A stretch of DNA of 64,000 nucleotides from assembly GCA_001776935.1 (NCBI GenBank), contig MFDN01000001.1, positions 165,449 through 229,448 on the forward strand, in the 5' to 3' direction. Below the pieces are notes generated by a model. The model worked only from the letters and a program-made list of their open reading frames with translations, did not search any database and was not told the DNA's origin. Below, one piece after another: positions 49,894 through 58,484 of the stretch. This stretch comes from Candidatus Daviesbacteria bacterium RIFCSPLOWO2_01_FULL_39_23. GTDB taxonomy: Bacteria > Patescibacteriota > Microgenomatia > Daviesbacterales > UBA10151. The position numbers were made by a program, and so were the translations under genes. Positions within the stretch are counted from its first letter, which is position 1, and every line of letters starts with the position of its first letter.

Positions 49894-51455
49894 TAAAAAG
49901 ATATTTAAAATACTTAATATTAATACCAATAATATTTAATATTTTTCTGGCCTCAAGATGGGTAATTGACGGTAATATTTTTTTTCATACGGATATTGCA
50001 CGTGATTTCCTCTTAATGGAAGATATTGTGGAAAATAAGAATTTGACGCTTTTGGGCCCCCGCTCGGGAGCAATACCCGGTTTATTCCATGGGCCTTTTT
50101 GGCTATATTTAAATATACCCGCCTTTATAGCCGGAGAAGGAGACCCTGTGTTTGTGGGGTGGTTTTGGGTGATCCTTTACATTTTAAGCTTAGTTTTTAT
50201 TTACTATGCGGGAAGGAAAATGTTTGGCAGGGAAGAGGGGATGCTAGCTGCACTGTTGCTTTCTTCAGTGACTATTTTACATGTTAGGTCTTTGTTCAAT
50301 CCATATGGCGCATTGCTTTTATCTCCGCTTTTTTTCTATTTTTTTATCAGCTACCTAAAAGATTTTAAAATTAAGAACTTAGTTTTATCTTTTTTAATAT
50401 TAGGCTTTATTATTCAGTTTCAGATGGCATTTGGGGTTCCGATTCTGCTTTTACTGATGCCTTACCTTATTTATTATCTTATAAAGAATAAGAAGATAAT
50501 TCATTTGGTTTCTTCTGCAGTTTTGATAATTCCCTTATCAAGTTTTTTGATATTTGACCTGAGAAACCAGTTTATTCAGTTAAAATCTCTTTCAAGCTAC
50601 GTTTTGGGTTCGCAATCTCATGGTAAATTATCGTTGGACTGGTTTCAACTTTTGACGATGAGGATTAAAGAATCAGCAGTTGATGGATTAGGAGCTATAA
50701 CTCAAAATAATCTATATCTTACAATTTTGTTAATTTTTGTATTTATTCTTGGAATTTTTAGAATATATAAAAAAGGAAAAGATTCGAAAGTAGTTACATT
50801 TGTTAATGTTTTCTTATTTTTTTATTTTGGTTTTTGGTTTTTTACGATCTTTTTTAAAGGGCCGGTTTGGAATTATTATTATTTGCCTTTTATCCCTTTG
50901 ATAATTTTATTTTTTGTTTTATTAAAGAGAGCAGTAAATAAGATAATTTTTTATTCTATTTTTATATTGGTTTATTCTTTTAATTTATACACTGCTTTTT
51001 TGGATATTGGTACTTATAATCCAGATGCTTCTAAATCAGATGTCAGCACCTGGAAATTTAATAAACTTGTGGCTCAGAAAGTTTTTGACAGCAGAGAGAA
51101 TGAATTTGGTTATTTTATCTTCACTCCGGATCTATATGGTTATTCTCCAAGGTATGCATTAAATTATTATCAAAAGAAAATCTTGGAAAAAAAGGTTTAT
51201 CCTTATGAAAAGAAAACAGTTACATACCTGGTGATTGCGCCGGCCCCTGAATACGGAAAAGATCCCAACAGTTTGTGGTATCAAAAAAATACCAATAGCG
51301 GAATTTGGAGAAGCAATGATATAAGAATATCCAAGGATCCTGATTTTAAATTCGTATTTGAAAATGGTTTTGTGATTGAAAAATACAATTTGTCTGATGA
51401 AGAAACTAAATTAGCTCCTAATCCATATTTAATCAAGGATATATTCTTCAGATGA
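49890..51455 (+). CDS. GT-C-like membrane glycosyltransferase, paralog B (FHTDIARD first-loop motif).
   Basis: 521 aa. A tandem paralog of the preceding ORF, with a 4-nt overlap. Confidence 0.5.
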   Translation: MIKRYLKYLILIPIIFNIFLASRWVIDGNIFFHTDIARDFLLMEDIVENKNLTLLGPRSGAIPGLFHGPFWLYLNIPAFIAGEGDPVFVGWFWVILYILSLVFIYYAGRKMFGREEGMLAALLLSSVTILHVRSLFNPYGALLLSPLFFYFFISYLKDFKIKNLVLSFLILGFIIQFQMAFGVPILLLLMPYLIYYLIKNKKIIHLVSSAVLIIPLSSFLIFDLRNQFIQLKSLSSYVLGSQSHGKLSLDWFQLLTMRIKESAVDGLGAITQNNLYLTILLIFVFILGIFRIYKKGKDSKVVTFVNVFLFFYFGFWFFTIFFKGPVWNYYYLPFIPLIILFFVLLKRAVNKIIFYSIFILVYSFNLYTAFLDIGTYNPDASKSDVSTWKFNKLVAQKVFDSRENEFGYFIFTPDLYGYSPRYALNYYQKKILEKKVYPYEKKTVTYLVIAPAPEYGKDPNSLWYQKNTNSGIWRSNDIRISKDPDFKFVFENGFVIEKYNLSDEETKLAPNPYLIKDIFFR

Positions 51456-51645
51456 AAACGGCTTCTATGATTAGCAGTAACTATTTTCCGAGAAAGGGGA
51501 TTGTTATTTTTGTTTTAATATTGTTTGTTTTATTTATTCTACAATTTATTTCATCAAAATTTTTTCCTTTAATTTGATGTTTTAGGAGGAAGCTATTTGC
51601 ATACTTGGGGGTGCGGACCGATCTTTTTGTACCCACAGATTTTAA

Positions 51646-53526
51646 ATGTTAATGAAAATAAAAAATAAAATCTTGTTAGTAACATTTGTGTTAGTGCTTT
51701 TTATAAGCCAAATATACTTTATTGCGCCTCAGTCAGTATTTGCCGTATCAACTAACTGCAATAATCGATTTGTAACATTGGTAAATCCGGTGAGAGGCAG
51801 GGATTTATGGAAGGATAAAAGTTTAAATCCGATCCAGGATCAATACACAACAATAAGCGTGTATAAATTTCCGGCTACTTGGCTTTTGCAGTATGATGTT
51901 TTAAAAGATGCAAAAGTTTTAGAAGAAATAAAAAAATTTGATGATTCTTCGGAGTTGGGGGTACTTTTGGAAGTATCACAGTCTTCTGCAGAAGCAGCCA
52001 GGGTAATTTACCCCCATGCAGTCCCCTGGTTTAATCCTAATGCCGTGTTTCTTTCAGGTTATTCCCAATCAGACAGACGCAAGCTGATAGATAAGTTATT
52101 TACGGATTTTAGAGAATCATTCGGATATTATCCAAAATCAGTAGGTGCATGGTGGATTGATTCATATTCGCTAAATTACCTTAAAGAAAAGTATGGTATT
52201 AAAGCTGCCATGATAGTAGCGGACCAAAAAACCACTGATAGTTATGGAATTTGGGGACAGTGGTGGGGGGTGCCTTATTATCCTTCTAAAGTAAATATCC
52301 TGACTCCAGCCACTAGTTTGGAAAATAAATTAAATGTTTTAGTGATCCAGTGGGCGCAAAGAGATCCGCTGCTTGCTTTTGGAGATGGTACCAAGTTTTC
52401 TAACTATTCCCTTCAGGCTAATGATTATACAGAAAGAGGAAAAGATACTCTGTATTTTAAACAATTGGTTGATTCTTATTTGGATTGCAAAAATCCTGTG
52501 GGTCAAATTACCGTTGGTTTAGAAACGGGTATAGAAAGCGTAGGGCATATTAAAGAGTATAGAAACCAACTAGCTGTTTTAAGAGAGATTAGTAATTTAA
52601 AATTTATAACAATGAGTAGGATGAGTGAGGAGTTTGCTAAAGTTTATCCAGAAATCCCCCATTATGCAGAAGTTAGTTTATATGATTCGATTTGGAAAAT
52701 GACTACTAAAGATCGGCTTAATGAAAAATTTAAGGAAAACATCAGCTACAACGCGGAGATTCCTTTTGCAGATTACTTTACTGCAGATAAAAGTCACTTT
52801 TTGGACAGGAGATTGCCCGAAAAAACCCAACAAAGAAATCTTTTCTGGTTTCCCTATTTTTTGATTGCATCTTTAGCGCTTTTACTTTTTTCTTATCAAA
52901 GAGGAATAATCAGGGTATGGCTAGCTGGTATGCTTTTTGCTTTTGCATCTTTTGGACTTATTCTTAGGTCTTATTACCAGATGGGGTGGAAAATTTATTT
53001 TGGACCACAGCTTCCTTTTTTGGAATTTTTTCAGATACTTTTAGTCCTTGGATCATTTTTTGTTATTTGGTTCTTAAGCAGATTAAAATTTATGGGGAAA
53101 AATCCATATTTGTTATGGCTTATCCCATTAATTTTTGGGTTAGATTTTTTAGTTTTGTCAATCAGAGTGTCGTATATATCGGAAAAGTATTATGTGGGAT
53201 TTATGAGGGATGCTTTAAATTTTGTGGGTTTTGAGGTTAAACCATTTCTTAATATTACTTTTGTAAAATTGGATTTTCCATCTTATCTTTCGTCAGCTTT
53301 TTTAAAAATAGACTTAAAATATGTATGGGACAATCCAATTTCAGCATTAATTTTTTATCCAATGATACATGTTGTATTGGGTATAATTTTTAGTTATTTG
53401 CTGGTTAAATTATCTCCCCGGTTGCAAAAGATTTGTATTGGAATTTTGATAATCATCTTTTTATTTTACTTACTGGGTATTTTAAGAGCCGACCCGCGTC
53501 AAGTTGTTCCAATTTTGTTACAATAA
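51646..53526 (+). CDS. Membrane protein with a signal peptide, an exported N-terminal domain of about 370 aa, and a C-terminal polytopic TM region.
   Basis: N-terminal hydrophobic signal (ILLVTFVLVLFISQIYFIAPQSVFA) and a Trp-rich soluble domain (GAWWIDSYSLNYLKEKYGIKAAMIVADQKTTDSYGIWGQWWGVPYY). About 7 TM helices begin near aa 390. Confidence 0.4.
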   Translation: MLMKIKNKILLVTFVLVLFISQIYFIAPQSVFAVSTNCNNRFVTLVNPVRGRDLWKDKSLNPIQDQYTTISVYKFPATWLLQYDVLKDAKVLEEIKKFDDSSELGVLLEVSQSSAEAARVIYPHAVPWFNPNAVFLSGYSQSDRRKLIDKLFTDFRESFGYYPKSVGAWWIDSYSLNYLKEKYGIKAAMIVADQKTTDSYGIWGQWWGVPYYPSKVNILTPATSLENKLNVLVIQWAQRDPLLAFGDGTKFSNYSLQANDYTERGKDTLYFKQLVDSYLDCKNPVGQITVGLETGIESVGHIKEYRNQLAVLREISNLKFITMSRMSEEFAKVYPEIPHYAEVSLYDSIWKMTTKDRLNEKFKENISYNAEIPFADYFTADKSHFLDRRLPEKTQQRNLFWFPYFLIASLALLLFSYQRGIIRVWLAGMLFAFASFGLILRSYYQMGWKIYFGPQLPFLEFFQILLVLGSFFVIWFLSRLKFMGKNPYLLWLIPLIFGLDFLVLSIRVSYISEKYYVGFMRDALNFVGFEVKPFLNITFVKLDFPSYLSSAFLKIDLKYVWDNPISALIFYPMIHVVLGIIFSYLLVKLSPRLQKICIGILIIIFLFYLLGILRADPRQVVPILLQ

Positions 53527-53528
53527 TT

Positions 53529-54578
53529 ATGATGCGAGTAGGATTTGATATATCACAATTAGCTCATCAGGGAGGAGTTGGGGTTTATACCCAAAATTTA
53601 GCTGAACAATTATCTAAAATAGCCGATTTGGAAATGGTTTATTTCTACTCCTCTTTGCGTAAACCCTACAAAGGAAAGCTGAAAAATGTTAAGTCTTACC
53701 GCCTGCCTCCTACGCTTTTTGAAATGCTTTTTAACAGATGGAGGAATGTATCAATTGAAAAATTTTTAGGTCCGCTTGATGTTTTTCATTCTTCTGATTG
53801 GACCGAACCCCCAAGTAAAGCAAAAAAAGTAACCACAGTGCATGATTTAAGTCCTTTAAAATTTCCCCGCTGGTCGCATCCTAAGATAGTAAGTGTTCAT
53901 AAAAGAAAGCTTAAGTTGATTGAAGAAGAAACAGATTGTGTTATTGCTGTGTCAGAGTCTACGAAGCGTGATCTGCTGGAAATCTCCAAAATTCCTGAAA
54001 GTAAAATAACTGTTATTTATGAGGGGGCGTCTTTTTCGGATAACGACGTCTTTTCGGAAGATGCCCGTTTTGCAGGGGAGGCTTTGGAACCCAAGATTAG
54101 GGGATTTAAAGAAAAATATAATTTGCCTCAAAACTTTATTCTGGCAATCGGCGGGGTGGGAGAACGAAAGAATTTGAAGAGAATTGAGCAATCCTGCAAA
54201 GATTATAATTTAGTTATATTAGGACAGACACTTCCCCGCTTGAGCATGGAGGAGTTAAAGCTGCTTTACAGCAGCGCAAGCGTGCTTGTGTATGCCTCAC
54301 TTTATGAGGGGTTTGGTTTGCCTATACTGGATTCATTTGCATCCGGCCTTCCGGTGATAACTTCAAACGTTTCTTCTATGCCTGAAATAGGAGGAGAGGC
54401 AGCCTTGTATGCTGATCCATTAAGCGTAGAAGATATTAAGGAAAAAATTGATTCGGTTTTAGGAGATAAAAATTTAAGAGAAGAGCTGATAGAAAAAGGT
54501 TTTAAGCGGGTAAAGCAATTTTCCTGGGAAAAATGCGCGGAAGAAACTGCAAAAGTTTACAGGAGGATTATGAAATGA
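53529..54578 (+). CDS. GT4-family (GT-B) glycosyltransferase.
   Basis: E-x7-E region ASLYEGFGLPILDSFASGLPVI. The ORF track start at 53433 overlaps the upstream gene. The in-frame ATG at 53529 (MMRVGFDISQL) is the likelier start. Confidence 0.8.
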   Translation: MMRVGFDISQLAHQGGVGVYTQNLAEQLSKIADLEMVYFYSSLRKPYKGKLKNVKSYRLPPTLFEMLFNRWRNVSIEKFLGPLDVFHSSDWTEPPSKAKKVTTVHDLSPLKFPRWSHPKIVSVHKRKLKLIEEETDCVIAVSESTKRDLLEISKIPESKITVIYEGASFSDNDVFSEDARFAGEALEPKIRGFKEKYNLPQNFILAIGGVGERKNLKRIEQSCKDYNLVILGQTLPRLSMEELKLLYSSASVLVYASLYEGFGLPILDSFASGLPVITSNVSSMPEIGGEAALYADPLSVEDIKEKIDSVLGDKNLREELIEKGFKRVKQFSWEKCAEETAKVYRRIMK

Positions 54579-55762
54579 GGTTTTGGATTGACGGGTATGA
54601 AGCGAATGTACCTCAAAGGCTTGGATCGTCACAGGTAGCATTTGAGCTGCTTACCCAATTTGAGAGAATTGATAAAAAAAACGAATATACAATATTTTTA
54701 CCAGATCCGCCTTTGTCTGACTTACCAAAAGAAAGAAAAGGGTGGAAGTATAGGGTCTTAAAACCTAAAAGACTTTGGACGCGGATAGCCTTACCTTTTG
54801 CGCTTTATACTGCAAGACAAAAACCTGATTTATTTTTTTCTCCTTCGCACTATCTCCCGAGATTTTTACCCTCGAAGATAAAAAAAGTTGTAGTAATATT
54901 TGATTTGTCTTTTTTACATTTTCCGGAAATGTTTAACAGAGATGATCTTTGGAAATTAAAAAACTGGACAAAATTTTCCGTAAATAATGCAGATTGTATA
55001 GTTACGATTTCTAAATTTTCAAAGGAAGATATTTATAAAGAATACAGTACCCCAAAGAAAAAAATAACTATCGCTTATCCCGGATATGATAAAGAAAAGT
55101 TCAGAGTTCAGAGTTTAGAGTTTAGGGTGGGAGAGGTGAAAAAGAAGTATAACGTAGGGGATAACTACCTTATATATATAGGAACGATACAGCCGAGGAA
55201 AAATATTATAAGGCTGATGGAGGCATTTGGTAATGCAATCCACCTCGAAGGAGTCAAAACTCACCTTCGAGGTGTGCGGGAACGTTCAAAAAATGAGTTG
55301 GAATTGGTGATTGTCGGTAAACATAAGGGTGAGGGGAAACAGGGTTGGAAATATGAAGATATATTAAAATCTCCCCAAAAATTAGGCATAGAAAGCCGCG
55401 TTAAGTTTTTAGGTTTTGTGCCGACAGATGAATTGGCCTTTCTTATATCAGGAGCAACAGCTTTTATCCAGCCTTCGCTTTATGAGGGGTTTGGGATTCC
55501 CGTAGCGGAGGCTATGGCTTGCGGTGTGCCGGTAATTGTTTCTGATGTCTCGTCGTTGCCTGAAGTAGTCGGGCAAGCAGGGCTTTTGGTAAATCCTTAT
55601 TCAGTTGATCAGATGGAGCAGGCGATAAGGACTATAGTAGCTGATAAAAAATTGCGAAAAAAATATTCAAAAGCAGGACTTGAGCGAGTCAAAATGTTCT
55701 CATGGGGTAAAATGGCGAAGGAAGTATTAAAAGTTTTTGACCGTGTGGAAAAGAAGGGGTAA
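54575..55762 (+). CDS. GT4-family (GT-B) glycosyltransferase.
   Basis: E-x7-E region [23 protein letters not shown] canonical AGGAGG sits 8 nt upstream of the ATG at 54575, which overlaps the upstream stop (ATGA). The ORF track start at 54533 is less likely. Confidence 0.8.
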   Translation: MRFWIDGYEANVPQRLGSSQVAFELLTQFERIDKKNEYTIFLPDPPLSDLPKERKGWKYRVLKPKRLWTRIALPFALYTARQKPDLFFSPSHYLPRFLPSKIKKVVVIFDLSFLHFPEMFNRDDLWKLKNWTKFSVNNADCIVTISKFSKEDIYKEYSTPKKKITIAYPGYDKEKFRVQSLEFRVGEVKKKYNVGDNYLIYIGTIQPRKNIIRLMEAFGNAIHLEGVKTHLRGVRERSKNELELVIVGKHKGEGKQGWKYEDILKSPQKLGIESRVKFLGFVPTDELAFLISGATAFIQPSLYEGFGIPVAEAMACGVPVIVSDVSSLPEVVGQAGLLVNPYSVDQMEQAIRTIVADKKLRKKYSKAGLERVKMFSWGKMAKEVLKVFDRVEKKG

Positions 55763-55765
55763 TGT

Positions 55766-56404
55766 TTGCTTAATGTGGTCTTTCCCCATATAATTATATC
55801 TATGGCTCTATTTCGGGACAGGATGGGAAGATCTTTAACAACAGCTGAGGCTTCTGTAAAGATTGTGATGAGAGGGTTAAACTGGCTTTTGGATTTTGAG
55901 TTGTTGCTGATCACTTGGGCGGGGCTTATGCCTTTTCATTTGTTTCGTTTGTTTGTATACTCTCTGGCAGGGATTAAGATAGGTAGAGGTTCAAGGATTC
56001 ATATTGGGGCAAGGTTTTTTTATCCGTCTAACATAAAGATCGGAACAGGAACAATTATCGGAGACAATATTTTTTTAGACGGAAGAGATAAGTTAATAAT
56101 AGGCGATCATGTGGATATTGCCTCTGGGGTAATGATTTTAAATTCCGAACATGATATAAACTCGGAAGATTTTCACCCTATTATTGCTCCGGTTATTATT
56201 GGGGATTATGTTTTTATAGGGCCAAGGTCAATTATTCTGCCCGGAGTTAATATCGGAAAAGGAGCTGTGGTAGCTGCTGGAGCTGTGGTTACTAAAGATA
56301 TACCTGATTTTGCGGTAGCGGGGGGAGTTCCGGCACAGATAATAGGGGAGCGCAAGATAAAGGATCCTCATTACCGTTTAGGTCGCGCAAGGCTTTTTCA
56401 ATAA
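55766..56404 (+). CDS. Hexapeptide-repeat (LbH) acetyltransferase with an N-terminal hydrophobic segment, WcaF/CysE-like sugar O-acetyltransferase.
   Basis: Hexapeptide repeats: IGTGTIIGDNIFLDG, IGDHVDIASGVMIL, IGDYVFIGPRSIILPGVNIGKGAVVAAGAVV. There is an N-terminal membrane-associating stretch. Confidence 0.7.
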   Translation: MLNVVFPHIIISMALFRDRMGRSLTTAEASVKIVMRGLNWLLDFELLLITWAGLMPFHLFRLFVYSLAGIKIGRGSRIHIGARFFYPSNIKIGTGTIIGDNIFLDGRDKLIIGDHVDIASGVMILNSEHDINSEDFHPIIAPVIIGDYVFIGPRSIILPGVNIGKGAVVAAGAVVTKDIPDFAVAGGVPAQIIGERKIKDPHYRLGRARLFQ

Positions 56405-56508
56405 ATTCAAATGTCAAAGCTCAAATGGCAAATCAAATCTAAAGTCTTAATGTTAAATAATTAAACATTGATTCTTTAGTCATAGGACATTCATTTGTAA
56501 TTTGGATT

Positions 56509-57084
56509 TTGACATTATTTAGTAGAATCGTGAGTATGATTAAAAGAATTTTCATTTTATTTTCTATATTACTTCTTATTTATATGATTTGGCCGGGGCC
56601 AAACAAAATTTCACAGTTTAAACCATTGCCTAATTCAACAAAATCTACGCTTTCGGGCGATACATTTCAAATTCCCAATGTGGCTGCTTATTTTTCCAAT
56701 AATTTCAGGGATTTTGTGATCCCTTTCTATTTTAAAAATTACCAAGGAGTTTCCCGCTTGCCGTTTCCGCCGCTCGTATTAAACCATCCTCCCGAATACT
56801 CTTGGGTAGTGATAAATGTGAATACAGATACAACATACCTAGAAGAATTCGTATACCCATTAAGGGACTCACTGTTTGTAAATGGTTTTGAAACTTACCG
56901 CCCTGATGGGACTCCGGTTTTTTGGGGTGCACCAGAGCTTACGGAATCAACAAAGTCTTGGTATACAAAAACAAAATTGAGATATTATCCAAGTAATATT
57001 TTGGTTAGGAGCTTAGTTTGGTTTGGAATAGTTGTTTCGATTCTAGCAATTTATAGATTAGGGAGGAAAATAGCCAAAGAATGA
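56509..57084 (+). CDS. Hypothetical bitopic membrane protein (N- and C-terminal TM helices).
   Basis: 191 aa with hydrophobic termini and a Pro/aromatic-rich central domain. No family is recognised. Confidence 0.3.
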   Translation: MTLFSRIVSMIKRIFILFSILLLIYMIWPGPNKISQFKPLPNSTKSTLSGDTFQIPNVAAYFSNNFRDFVIPFYFKNYQGVSRLPFPPLVLNHPPEYSWVVINVNTDTTYLEEFVYPLRDSLFVNGFETYRPDGTPVFWGAPELTESTKSWYTKTKLRYYPSNILVRSLVWFGIVVSILAIYRLGRKIAKE

Positions 57085-58484
57085 ATAAAGCGCTTTTTTA
57101 CTTAACTTTATTTCTTTTTGCTTTTATTCCCCTTTACCCTAAGTTCCCGCTTTTTAACATTAAAGGTACCTTTGTAGCGGTAAGAATCGAAGATTTTCTA
57201 ATTGCCTTAACTATTGGGTTATGGATATCTTACATATTGATTAATAAAAAATTATCCGTTGTTTTAAAGGATAATACTAATAAGGCAATATTGCTATTTT
57301 TCTCAATCGGCATATTATCCCTCTTTTCAGCGCTGTTTTTAACGCACTCGATTACGCCGCATATAGGGGTACTGCATTTTCTCAGAAGGGTGGAATTAAT
57401 TTTTCTTTTGCCTGTTGTTGTGACAATTTTTAATACAAAGAAAAGATTGATTTCTGTATTAATTGTTTTATTCTTAACCCTGATAGTAACTAACTTATAT
57501 GGATTAGGACAGCAATATTTGGACTGGCCGGTTATATCTACAACAAATTCTGAATTTGCCAAAGGTTTAATATTAAGGCTCACTCCGGGTGCAAGGGTAA
57601 ATTCTACTTTTGCCGGGCATTACGATTTTGCAGTGTTTTTATCGGCTGCCATTGTTTTTCTTGCAGCATTATTTTTTGCATTAAATAAGTTTTGGAAAAT
57701 GCCGATATTAATTTTAGGCGGTCTTTCCCTTTTTGTATTAATACTGACAGCTGCAAGGGTATCGTTTGTATCGATTTTTGTCGGTTTAATCTTTGCACTA
57801 ATTTTTGCCAAAAAGAAAAAATATCTGTTATTGGTTATTGTTGCGCTTACATTAATTGCTGTTTATCCATCTCAGCTTAGGGATAGATTTATTTCAACAA
57901 TAACAGTCAATCTGCTTAATACAGGTAAAAGATATGAAGGTAGGAACGTAAACCAACAGCTGGAAAATAAATTAAATATTCCTACTTTAGCTTATAAAAT
58001 GGCAAGCCGTTCGGCAAATTTCCCAGCTTTCTCCGCTACTGCTGCCGGTGTGCCGGCTGATATAGCTCCCGGTGAACCGGTTGACGGGACACAGTTAGGC
58101 GTTTATAGGTCATTTCAAATAAGGTTAAATATAGAGTGGCCAAGAGCCGTAAGGGCCTTTCTAAAAAATCCCTTTTTGGGTACAGGGTATTCATCAATAG
58201 GAATTGCTACCGATAATGACTTTTTAAGGTCTCTGGGAGAGGTGGGGCTTTTGGGGACGATTGCATTTTCTTTGATACTAATTTCTATCTGGAAAAAGAT
58301 ATCTCAAGGAGTAAAAAGCGGAGATAAGATAATCAGATTTTTTTCTGCAGGTTCACTTGCTGCAATAATTGTCTTTTTGGTAAACGGTTTATTTATTGAT
58401 GTATTTGAGGCATCAAAAGTAGCATCTCTTTTTTGGATGATATTAGGATTAAATTTAGCTGTTTTAAATCTTAAGGAAGAATAG
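57081..58484 (+). CDS. O-antigen ligase / polymerase family membrane protein (Wzy_C domain; WaaL/PglL/Wzy-like).
   Basis: 467 aa and polytopic. LTAARVSFVSIFVGLIF matches the Wzy_C TxxR core. A large extracytoplasmic loop near the C-terminus follows the motif. Confidence 0.6.
   Translation: MNKALFYLTLFLFAFIPLYPKFPLFNIKGTFVAVRIEDFLIALTIGLWISYILINKKLSVVLKDNTNKAILLFFSIGILSLFSALFLTHSITPHIGVLHFLRRVELIFLLPVVVTIFNTKKRLISVLIVLFLTLIVTNLYGLGQQYLDWPVISTTNSEFAKGLILRLTPGARVNSTFAGHYDFAVFLSAAIVFLAALFFALNKFWKMPILILGGLSLFVLILTAARVSFVSIFVGLIFALIFAKKKKYLLLVIVALTLIAVYPSQLRDRFISTITVNLLNTGKRYEGRNVNQQLENKLNIPTLAYKMASRSANFPAFSATAAGVPADIAPGEPVDGTQLGVYRSFQIRLNIEWPRAVRAFLKNPFLGTGYSSIGIATDNDFLRSLGEVGLLGTIAFSLILISIWKKISQGVKSGDKIIRFFSAGSLAAIIVFLVNGLFIDVFEASKVASLFWMILGLNLAVLNLKEE

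Noticed and set aside
51453-51578. A 41-codon hydrophobic ORF (MKTASMISSNYFPRKGIVIFVLILFVLFILQFISSKFFPLI) in the 190-bp gap before 51646.
   Set aside because: It is too short, has no RBS or conservation evidence available, and could simply be AT-rich intergenic sequence. A small membrane peptide is possible but unsupported.
53433-53528. Upstream extension of the GT4 ORF (start at 53433) overlapping the preceding membrane-protein gene.
   Set aside because: The extension overlaps 94 nt of the upstream gene. The in-frame ATG at 53529 begins the conserved GT4 N-terminus (MMRVGFDISQL).
56405-56508. Direct and inverted short repeats (caaatg / tcaaa, and aatgtcaaa ... tttgacatt) in the intergenic region before 56509.
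   Set aside because: It is low-complexity A/T-rich sequence and the repeats are short and imperfect. It may contain a promoter, but no specific operator or ncRNA can be supported.
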